Part shown: in pieces, positions 29,121 to 37,439 of the stretch | How positions within the stretch are numbered: the stretch's first letter is position 1 | Layout of the letters: every line of letters starts with the position of its first letter | Virus record (IMG/VR): IMGVR_UViG_3300009130_000016 | Span: 18,902 to 82,901 of that record | Strand: one strand, 5' to 3' | Length of the DNA: 64,000 nt | Origin: a virus | Translations under genes and position numbers: made by a program | Notes under the pieces: model-generated | Databases searched by the model: none | The model's input: only the letters and a program-made list of their open reading frames with translations | What the model was told of the DNA's origin: nothing

Positions 29121-29458
29121 TTCAAATAATTAGGGAAGAAGTTGCCGATTTTATTAACACATTGGATTCTCACTTGGAAGACTCTGAGGAAAGGCTTAAC
29201 AACAAAATTGATTTCATCAAGAAAACTTATGGTTCTATTCCAAAGGATAGGCCAGAAGAGAAAAAGATGAGAGATGCTGAAAGAAAGGATGCAGAAGCAG
29301 AATTGAAAGACGTTAAGGATATGGAGAAAGAGATGGAAGATAAAGCTGCTGAGTTGGAGAAAGCTGAAAAAGAAGCTGGATCTGAAATAACAAATTCTAA
29401 CATTCTAAATTCTCCGAGCACACAAACTACAACAACTGCAATAACAGGCAGTATATAA
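29105..29458 (+). CDS. Hypothetical coiled-coil protein
   Basis: N-terminal LVQIIREEV motif; charged helical composition. Confidence 0.6.
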   Translation: MEERLVQIIREEVADFINTLDSHLEDSEERLNNKIDFIKKTYGSIPKDRPEEKKMRDAERKDAEAELKDVKDMEKEMEDKAAELEKAEKEAGSEITNSNILNSPSTQTTTTAITGSI

Positions 29459-29532
29459 TAATTACTTTTGTTTACTTTAATTTTTTTTGTAAGTATATTT
29501 ATTTACGAACAGAAATTATTAAAGTATAAATT

Positions 29533-30573
29533 ATGAACGACAGAAAAATCGTTGTGGGTGGTAATAAAGACATTAACACACACGAACCTAAAGCACCGAT
29601 GTTTTCAGCTGAAGAAATTGCAGCAATGAAAGCAGCAGCTTCAGCATCTGGACAAGACACATCAGGTCTTGATAACATGGCGGTTGCACCTACAGTTAAT
29701 ACTGCTGATCCAATTGTTCAGCAACCAGCACCACAGCCTGTGCAACAAATACAACAGCCAATTCAGCAACAAATTCAGCAAGAGGCTAAAAGTGCACAAG
29801 TTCCAAATGAATTCTTAGAAACTGAATTTGAAATTCCAACAGAAACTGTTGTTTTACCATCAGGAGGTATTTTCTACCCAGGTGGACAAACACAGGTTGT
29901 TATCAAGTATCTTACTGCAGAAGCAGAGGATATTATCTTTTCTCCAGAGTTAATTAACTCAGGAAAAGTATTGGATGTTCTTCTTAGTGAGGGAATTGTT
30001 AATAGCTATGGGCTTAAGACAGAAGACATGTTGGTTGCAGACAGGAATGCGATTATACTTGAACTTCGTAAAACTGGTTTTGGTTCTGACTATGAAGTCG
30101 GAGATCAATCTTGTCCAAGTTGTAGTAAAAAATTTACTCCAACAATTGATTTAGATGAGGTTCAGTACAAAGCTGCATCAGAGGCACCAGATTCAATGGG
30201 AGAGTACACAGTTGTATTGCCTGTTTTGAAAAAAACTATCAAATTCAGATTACTTAATGGAGCAGATGAGAAATTGCTATCTAAAACTGTTTCTACAACT
30301 GGTAAGAGTAAATTGAAGTACAACAAAATGGTTACGCAAAGATATTTACGTCAAATCATGGAAGTTGAGGGGAATCGAGACAAGACTTACATCAATAAAC
30401 TTATCGGTTTTATGCCTCTTAAAGACTCTGCATTCCTTAGAGAATATATCAAGAGGGTTGAGCCAGGTTTTGATTTAAACGTAACTCTAGAATGTCCTCA
30501 CTGTGGACACATTCACGATGAAGAGATTGTATTAAATCCAGTAAAATTGTTTTATCCAGATGCTAATTTTTAA
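29533..30573 (+). CDS. Baseplate hub assembly/tail chaperone (T4 gp26-like)
   Basis: LPSGG.FY, YLTAE.EDI, DRNAII..LR..GFG..Y, CPSC and CPHCG zinc knuckles. Confidence 0.75.
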   Translation: MNDRKIVVGGNKDINTHEPKAPMFSAEEIAAMKAAASASGQDTSGLDNMAVAPTVNTADPIVQQPAPQPVQQIQQPIQQQIQQEAKSAQVPNEFLETEFEIPTETVVLPSGGIFYPGGQTQVVIKYLTAEAEDIIFSPELINSGKVLDVLLSEGIVNSYGLKTEDMLVADRNAIILELRKTGFGSDYEVGDQSCPSCSKKFTPTIDLDEVQYKAASEAPDSMGEYTVVLPVLKKTIKFRLLNGADEKLLSKTVSTTGKSKLKYNKMVTQRYLRQIMEVEGNRDKTYINKLIGFMPLKDSAFLREYIKRVEPGFDLNVTLECPHCGHIHDEEIVLNPVKLFYPDANF

Positions 30574-30593
30574 TTGGCCAATAAATTAAATAG

Positions 30594-30619
30594 AAAGCAG
30601 GCTTAGGTCTGCTTTTTTT
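30594..30619 (+). terminator. Intrinsic terminator
   Basis: aaagcaggc-tta-ggtctgcttttttt. Confidence 0.6.
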
Positions 30620-30623
30620 CGTT

Positions 30624-31610
30624 ATGGGGAAATTAGATTTAAATGAAATATTTAGTAGGACTTTTGATAAAATCAACCTACCGTCTAAGGGTGAGTTTTA
30701 CAAAGATAATTTGTCCTCTTTTAAAATAAGGTATTTAAGTGGTATCGAGGAAAAGGTTCTAACAAGTGATTTTTTAACCAAGAGTGGAGAGGCGTTAGAA
30801 ATGGTTCTTAGTAATGTTATCTTGGATGATTTTGATGTTAGAGATTTGGTTATATCCGATATGCAGGGTATAATGATATTCCTTTATTCAACAGCGTATG
30901 GCGATATCATCCCTTATCAAATGAAATGCCCAAGCTGTAGCTATGAAGATGAATTAAGTGTTAGGTTGTCTGACATAGACTTTAAGAAGTCGGAGTACAA
31001 GCCTATGAGTGGGAAGTTTATGTATTATGCTCCAATGAAGCAAAATTTCCTGTCTAGCGTTCACACTCCAAAAGTGTTGACTCAAGAGAATGGTGAAAAG
31101 TTTGTTGAGTTTGTTCTGTCACCGATCACTTTCGGTAAAGAACTAGACATGAAAAAGAAAGGTGTTGACAATAAAGGGATTAACAAAATAATAAGTTCAA
31201 TAAAGAGTATCGGAGGTGTGACAGATGTTGAGTATATTGAAAATTCTGTAAAAAGAATGAATATGCAAGACTTTAAGAGGCTTCGTGAGTTCTCTGATAG
31301 AAATGAAATGGCATTGGAAGATAAAATTTCTGTTGTTTGCCCTGCTTGTGGACATGAACATAAATTTCAAGTAAACTTTGGATATGACTTTTTGAAATTG
31401 CCAGAGAAACACAGGGAGAACATTATGGAAGAATGTTTTCTGATCTCTCATTATTCAGAATCAGGTATGGACTTCCAACAAGCAATGAACCTCCCTATCA
31501 CAGAGAGAAGGTGGTATTTGCAAAGGATAAGTGAAGAACTTGAGAAGAAAAGAGAAGCTGAGAAAAAGGCTGCAGATGCAGCGAAATCAGGAGGCGGTGG
31601 TAGAAGATAG
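30624..31610 (+). CDS. gp26-like paralog with a C-terminal gp51-like chaperone segment
   Basis: LPSKGEFY, CPSC and CPACG, then EECFLI.HY...AMNLPITERRWY. Confidence 0.7.
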   Translation: MGKLDLNEIFSRTFDKINLPSKGEFYKDNLSSFKIRYLSGIEEKVLTSDFLTKSGEALEMVLSNVILDDFDVRDLVISDMQGIMIFLYSTAYGDIIPYQMKCPSCSYEDELSVRLSDIDFKKSEYKPMSGKFMYYAPMKQNFLSSVHTPKVLTQENGEKFVEFVLSPITFGKELDMKKKGVDNKGINKIISSIKSIGGVTDVEYIENSVKRMNMQDFKRLREFSDRNEMALEDKISVVCPACGHEHKFQVNFGYDFLKLPEKHRENIMEECFLISHYSESGMDFQQAMNLPITERRWYLQRISEELEKKREAEKKAADAAKSGGGGRR

Positions 31611-31681
31611 AACTTTTAATTGGACTTTCTCGTTATAACACTAGAATCAAAATTGCCAACTATTTATCTAAAATAAATATT

Positions 31682-33400
31682 ATGTCAGATAAAATAGAAA
31701 AATCAGAGGAATTAAGAAATAAAATCAATGAGTCTTTGAAGAGGATTGAGGAAGTTAGTTTCATTAAGAAAATAAAAAATGGCATCAAAGATATTGTATC
31801 TTCTTTTGATAGCCATGAGAAGATAGTTTTCGATAAATTGAAGAATAAGGATTCTGCTGCTACTAAGAAGTATCTTGACTTTAACAGGGGTGGGATGGAT
31901 GACAAAACCATTAAGGTGGTTGAGAAGGTTATTAAGTTGAAACAGCAAGAAGAAAAGGTTAATAAAGCTGAAAAACAATCAAGGGGAGACACTAGCAAAT
32001 CAAATAAATCTAGTGTAATGGTTTATCTGGGTGGAGATTCATGGAAACTAAACGGAAACCACATTGAAAACCTTATTATTTATAAACCTGGAGTAAATCC
32101 GAAAGAGACTCTTGAAAACTATGATTGGTCAAATGGTGCAATGTCTTGGTTGGCAAAAGCTAAATTTAGTGCAAAGTATTTGTCAATTGATTTATCACAA
32201 GAAATGGTTGACGTGTTTGTAGGAGAGTGGAATGGTGGTGCATTTAGAGGAAATATATTCACTGATTACGGAATCGGTAGAATACAAGCCAAAGAAGGTG
32301 ATTCTAAATTTAGAGCAGGAATTTTTAGTGGGAAGACTCTTAGAATTAATTACACTAATTGGATGACAAGTCCATATAATTTTGCTGGTAGAAAAATAGA
32401 TCACACAGAAGAAGGGATTCTTGGTTTACCAAATACAACAAGTACTCAAGAAGTTGATCACAATGGTATTCATTTAATACAAGTTCCAAACGGTTATACA
32501 ATCGAATTCAAAACAGAAGATGATGAGTTCATAAATGCTGTGAGGGTTGTTAAGAGAATGGATGCAAGAAACACGGACTTTGTGTTTTCTGATGTGAACA
32601 CTGGAAATCAAGTCACTGTTCTTTGGGATGACATGAGAAAGAGTTTTAATAAATTTTATCTTAAGCCAGGGAAGGTGTTTAACATTCCTGGGTTGTTTGA
32701 AACTAGAGAGCCGATAGGTACAATAGAAATAAAGAAATCATCTGCTGTAAGCAGAAAGTCAATTGGTCAAGCATATCAAAAACAAAAAGGCGGAGGATTA
32801 ACTAAAATTAAGTTTGGTAGTAAATTCCCCGTTTTAGGAAAAGTGGGATTAAAAGGAGAGTTTAATATTTTGAACTTCAACAAGATTCTATCTAAAGATC
32901 CTGAGGCATTACATTTCATTAAGATGTTTCAAAAAGACCTTGAAGGTGGTGGTGGTATTTTCACTTCTCATATGAACAAGGTGAAAGATGCAATTGTTAA
33001 TCGAGATAAATACAAAAGAGAAGTTGGTTACGGTAAATATCCATATCTTAAAAGGTTAACCGATAAACAAGGGAGTAAGATAACGGATCCTGATTTAGAT
33101 AAGTCATTAAAATTTATTAGTGACTTCATAGAAAATATTGTTGGAAACGTTGGGAAGGTGAGTAGGAAAACTGGGAATTTTGCAAAAGATGACAAGTCTC
33201 AAGGCGTTTTGTTAAATGCAATGAAAAAGGCATTACACATCACTAAGGAGAAAGAAACTAAAGCTTCTGCTACATCTAAAAGTGCTCCAAAAAGAAATAC
33301 GGTGAGTAACATCATGAAAAATTTAGAGGAATCAGATGTTAGGAGATCTGTCCGTAAAATAATCCAAGAAGAGGATGATGAAACTTTTTTCGGTAAATAG
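31682..33400 (+). CDS. Hypothetical late (virion) protein
   Basis: 572 aa, preceded by TATTTAT; INES and VRKIIQEE motifs at the termini. Confidence 0.7.
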   Translation: MSDKIEKSEELRNKINESLKRIEEVSFIKKIKNGIKDIVSSFDSHEKIVFDKLKNKDSAATKKYLDFNRGGMDDKTIKVVEKVIKLKQQEEKVNKAEKQSRGDTSKSNKSSVMVYLGGDSWKLNGNHIENLIIYKPGVNPKETLENYDWSNGAMSWLAKAKFSAKYLSIDLSQEMVDVFVGEWNGGAFRGNIFTDYGIGRIQAKEGDSKFRAGIFSGKTLRINYTNWMTSPYNFAGRKIDHTEEGILGLPNTTSTQEVDHNGIHLIQVPNGYTIEFKTEDDEFINAVRVVKRMDARNTDFVFSDVNTGNQVTVLWDDMRKSFNKFYLKPGKVFNIPGLFETREPIGTIEIKKSSAVSRKSIGQAYQKQKGGGLTKIKFGSKFPVLGKVGLKGEFNILNFNKILSKDPEALHFIKMFQKDLEGGGGIFTSHMNKVKDAIVNRDKYKREVGYGKYPYLKRLTDKQGSKITDPDLDKSLKFISDFIENIVGNVGKVSRKTGNFAKDDKSQGVLLNAMKKALHITKEKETKASATSKSAPKRNTVSNIMKNLEESDVRRSVRKIIQEEDDETFFGK

Positions 33401-33434
33401 TCGTTAGATATAATAAGGACCAAAATTTACTGAT

Positions 33435-34052
33435 ATGAAAAAGTTATATAGGAAAATGTTATACATACCAATAACTAGAATATTGATTGGTTTATGTCAG
33501 ATATCTTGGTTTTTTTTCATATTGATTAAAGGTAAATCTTTGGTAGATATTTCACAACATTTGTTCGGTTTACCTTGGGCAACAGGATCTTTAGAATTTG
33601 ATGGAACTTTACATTTGGTTGACAAGAGTTTGCTATATGATGAAACAGGCCATTTGACAGCAGCTGCAACCCTTGGGTTCTTTTTATATGTAGCAATATT
33701 GTTTGTTTCTTTGATTTATATGGTTAGGGGTGGATACAAAGTGTTAACATGGCAAACAGGTCCAATTGCGAAATTTAATTCAGATCATGCATGGGAAGAA
33801 ATTAAGGATGGAAGCGTATTTGAATATGTTGCATCTGGAGAGAAATCGTCCGATTATAAAAACATTGATTCCACTCTTAAATATATTAAGAATAAAAATG
33901 TGGGATTGACAAGAGAGAAAGCCACAGATAACCTGATTTCAATAACAGGGGGTTTATCTTTAGCTTCCCATAGTGAGTTGTCTTACATTGATGGAAAGTT
34001 GTCAAGAATGTCTATATCAAATGGTTCAAAATATTTGATGAACAGGAAATAA
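33435..34052 (+). CDS. Membrane protein (2 TM helices plus soluble C-domain)
   Basis: Two hydrophobic segments; preceded by TGAAAC-N17-CGTTA and followed by a terminator. Confidence 0.65.
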   Translation: MKKLYRKMLYIPITRILIGLCQISWFFFILIKGKSLVDISQHLFGLPWATGSLEFDGTLHLVDKSLLYDETGHLTAAATLGFFLYVAILFVSLIYMVRGGYKVLTWQTGPIAKFNSDHAWEEIKDGSVFEYVASGEKSSDYKNIDSTLKYIKNKNVGLTREKATDNLISITGGLSLASHSELSYIDGKLSRMSISNGSKYLMNRK

Positions 34053-34077
34053 AATAAACTTAAAAATTAATACAGAT

Positions 34078-34109
34078 AAAGCTCCTTTAGATTAGAGGGG
34101 CTTTTTTTT
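34078..34109 (+). terminator. Intrinsic terminator
   Basis: aaagctccttt-agatt-agaggggctttttttt. Confidence 0.65.
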
Positions 34110-34140
34110 ATGATCTATTTATAAGTAAAACTGTAGATAG

Positions 34141-37100
34141 ATGGCTGACGATTTCAGTAAACAGAATAAAAATTACCAAGAGGCTTTAAAAGCAGCTGAA
34201 AAACTGGTACAAACACATGAATCAATGGAAAAAAGTTCCCAAAAGGTTAATGAGGTTTTGGGTAGTATTTCTAGTTCTCTTTTAGGTTTGTCGGAATCCG
34301 TTTTTTTTAAGAAGATACCAAAGAGTAATGAAGATCTTGCGGAATCAGCAAGGCAAATACAACAAATAAAAGATAAGGTCGGAACTGCAGGAGATGCTCT
34401 TAATCAAGGTTTTGATAAAAGACTAGAGAGTATTAAGAAAAAATTTAAAGGTCTAGAGAACACAAGTCTTTCAATGAACGTTAAATTCAACGAAGAGGAT
34501 GTGAAAAAATTCCATGAATATAATAGAGGTCAGTTAACGGATCTTTCTGCTGACGAAAAAATTAGGATGAAAGAAATTTCTGAGTTTAACAAAGAATTGT
34601 TAAAGAATCAGGAAGACATCAATGAATTAATGGTAGAAGAGTATGGGAAAGAATGGGATTCTATTATAGATGGTCACAGCGATTTCCTTGTTGGTAAATT
34701 TAAGGAAGCAGCCGTCCAAGGAGATATAGCCAAATTTGTAAAAGAAGAAGGTCAAGATGCGAGGGATTTACTTATGTCTCTCGAAGGTCACACATCTGAA
34801 CTTAGTAAACAAGTGCAATCATATGATCAGTTAACAAAAAATAGTAAAGAGCTTATTGGTAATCTGAAAAATTCTAATAAAGAAGTGTTTACTATGAGGA
34901 AGGCTATTGAAGAAATTGGGGATAGGTTTGCTAAAAAAATAATAGGCACATTGATGAAGTTTGATCAAGCTTTATCTACCGCACAAAAAAACACTGGTGT
35001 AATGTTCAAAGAGAACTCTGTTCAAATGAGTCATTTAACTAGTGAGACTGCAGCTTTTGGTATGAGTATTGAAGATACTACTGCTATGATGGGAGATCTT
35101 GGTGATGAGCTAAGAACAACTGATTTTGGCGTATTGTCTCAAGCTGCAAAGGATTTCGCAGCAATACAATTGGCAACAGGTGTGTCTTCAAAAGAAATTA
35201 CAACGATTGCTGGTGAACTTATGAGGGCAGGTGTTTCATCTGGAGACATGAGTGAAGCAATTCAAAATACTGTTAAGGATTCTAAGATGCTTGGAGTTAA
35301 CAGTAAAAGAGTTATCCAACAGATGGAGAAGAACATTGACAAAATGCGTAAGTTTGGATTCACTGGTGGTATTGAATCTCTTAGAAAAATGGCTGTTGAG
35401 GCAGAGAGGTTGAGAATAAATGTTGACTCTATATTTAATGTTGCAGAGAGAGCTCGTAGTATTGAGGGTGCAATGGAAATGGCAGCTGAATTACAGTTGG
35501 CAGGTGGTTCATTTGCAGCAATCAATCCAATGGATTTATTATCTGCTGCAAGGAAAGGTCCAAAAGAGATGCAAAACATCTTAAAGACAATGGGTAAAGA
35601 CATCGGTTCGTTCAACAAGAAAGGTGAATTTATTATTGATCCAGTTGATTCCGATAGATTAAGAATGGTTGCAGAGTCAACAGGAATGGCTTATGAAGAC
35701 CTTTCTAATATGATTCAGAAAACTGCAGATGATGCAAGGAAGATGGAAAAATTTCAAGGTGGAAGTTTTATGAGTTTTTCTGATGAAGATAAGGCTTTTG
35801 TTACAGAAATGACTAAAATCGGGGAAGGTGGTACACTTAAGGTGAAGACAGAGTCAAAAGATCTTCTTAAAGACGCTGGTATAGATGATATTACGATGAT
35901 CACACCAGATCAGCTTAAGAAGTTAAAAGATTTGAGAGAGAAGCAGGCAGGTGATTTGAAATCACAAGCAGCAGCAAATGCTTCATTTCAAGAAGCAATG
36001 ACAGGGCTTGCCAATTCGTTTATGCATATGTTTACAATGTTTGAGCCAGCAATTATTTTATTATCAGAAGCAATAGGTAGTATAGCTCAATTTATTGGTG
36101 AGTTGCCAGATTGGGGCAAAAACTCTATTGTAGCAGGTAGTTTGTTCCTTCTTGCAGTTACCAAGATGGGTGGAATGATAGGTTTGTTCCAAAAAACTGT
36201 TGGTTTATTTACTGGTGGCATTAAGGATATGGCTAAAAATGTTGTAAGTAAAGTTATGGGTAGCAAAGGCGGTGGAGCTAAAGATATGGCAAGTAAAGTT
36301 TTATCAAATGATGAATCTGGTGCTATGGATAAGGCTAATAAGGTGAAAAGCGGTGGAGGAATAGCAGGTTTTGTTAAATCTCTTAAGCAAGCATCTAAAG
36401 AAGCTGCGAAGATAAGTATGAAAGGTGTCCTTAAGTTTGCTAGTTCTATGGCAATAATAGGAAGTGTTCTCGTTGGATTTGGTGCTGCTATGGCAGCTTT
36501 TGGTGGAGAAGCATCAATGGATCAATTAATCACTATGGGTGCTTCCCTTGTGTTACTAGGAGGGTCAATGATATTGTTCTCTAAATTAGCAGGAGCTATT
36601 GATATTAAAAACCTTGTTAAGTTCTCATTAGCCATGGCGTTAGTCGGTGGTGGTCTGTTGTTGTTTGGAATGGCAGCTGACACATTAACAAATGTTGACT
36701 TGGTTAAAGTGCTTGCATCTATTGGGTTGTTAACACTTGTTATTGTTGGTCTTGCCTTATTGGGTGCAATGATGACGGGTCCACAAATACTTGGTTTACT
36801 TGTTGGTGTTGGTATACTTGTTTCAGTTTCTGCAGGTTTGTTGCTATTTGCATCATCCTTGCTTGTTGCTGGGATTGCATTTGATAAAATGGCAGGAATT
36901 AATTGGAGTGGATTCGCAGAGATGGGTCCAGCACTTATGAGTGTTATTCCAGGATTGCTTGGATTCTCGGTGGCAGCAATGTCTTTCTTAAATCCTCTTA
37001 CATTACTAGGGTTTATTACAATGACTGCAACACTTGGTACATTCGCAGCTATTATGATACCACTTGCTGATGCTTTGGCAAAAGGTGCTGATGGTTTTGA

Positions 37101-37374
37101 TAGATTTGCTGAGGGGGTTAATTCTCTTAAAGAAGCAACTGCAGACTTAGATTTTGAGAAATTAGAAAAGCTGTCTGAGCTATCACAAGGGCTTGCAGGA
37201 GCGTCTGTTATGGCAAACATAGCATCATCGTTATCTGACATGGTTAAAGGCTCTGGAGGAAGCGGAAGTAGCGGAGGCGGAGGAAGCCAAACGGTTAAGC
37301 ATGAGGTTACACTTAAGCTTAACGGTAGGGATCTCCAAAGGTTTATTATTGAAGATACAGATTTACAATCATAA
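34141..37374 (+). CDS. Tail tape measure protein
   Basis: 1077 aa alpha-helical protein with a hydrophobic Gly/Ala-rich C-half; follows the chaperone genes; ends VTLKLNGRDL. Confidence 0.85.
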   Translation: MADDFSKQNKNYQEALKAAEKLVQTHESMEKSSQKVNEVLGSISSSLLGLSESVFFKKIPKSNEDLAESARQIQQIKDKVGTAGDALNQGFDKRLESIKKKFKGLENTSLSMNVKFNEEDVKKFHEYNRGQLTDLSADEKIRMKEISEFNKELLKNQEDINELMVEEYGKEWDSIIDGHSDFLVGKFKEAAVQGDIAKFVKEEGQDARDLLMSLEGHTSELSKQVQSYDQLTKNSKELIGNLKNSNKEVFTMRKAIEEIGDRFAKKIIGTLMKFDQALSTAQKNTGVMFKENSVQMSHLTSETAAFGMSIEDTTAMMGDLGDELRTTDFGVLSQAAKDFAAIQLATGVSSKEITTIAGELMRAGVSSGDMSEAIQNTVKDSKMLGVNSKRVIQQMEKNIDKMRKFGFTGGIESLRKMAVEAERLRINVDSIFNVAERARSIEGAMEMAAELQLAGGSFAAINPMDLLSAARKGPKEMQNILKTMGKDIGSFNKKGEFIIDPVDSDRLRMVAESTGMAYEDLSNMIQKTADDARKMEKFQGGSFMSFSDEDKAFVTEMTKIGEGGTLKVKTESKDLLKDAGIDDITMITPDQLKKLKDLREKQAGDLKSQAAANASFQEAMTGLANSFMHMFTMFEPAIILLSEAIGSIAQFIGELPDWGKNSIVAGSLFLLAVTKMGGMIGLFQKTVGLFTGGIKDMAKNVVSKVMGSKGGGAKDMASKVLSNDESGAMDKANKVKSGGGIAGFVKSLKQASKEAAKISMKGVLKFASSMAIIGSVLVGFGAAMAAFGGEASMDQLITMGASLVLLGGSMILFSKLAGAIDIKNLVKFSLAMALVGGGLLLFGMAADTLTNVDLVKVLASIGLLTLVIVGLALLGAMMTGPQILGLLVGVGILVSVSAGLLLFASSLLVAGIAFDKMAGINWSGFAEMGPALMSVIPGLLGFSVAAMSFLNPLTLLGFITMTATLGTFAAIMIPLADALAKGADGFDRFAEGVNSLKEATADLDFEKLEKLSELSQGLAGASVMANIASSLSDMVKGSGGSGSSGGGGSQTVKHEVTLKLNGRDLQRFIIEDTDLQS

Positions 37375-37376
37375 TG

Positions 37377-37410
37377 AAAAATCCCCTTTAAAAACAAAGG
37401 GGATTTTTTT
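37377..37410 (+). terminator. Intrinsic terminator
   Basis: aaaaatccccttt-aaaaac-aaaggggattttttt. Confidence 0.75.
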
Positions 37411-37439
37411 ATCTTATTATTTATAAGAAAAACTAATTT

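Noticed and set aside
36522-37397. 291-aa minus-strand ORF and other long antisense ORFs (20012-20431, 28098-28571, 38705-39316)
   Set aside because: These are shadows of biased-codon, low-complexity or repeat regions of well-supported plus-strand genes and have no motifs of their own.
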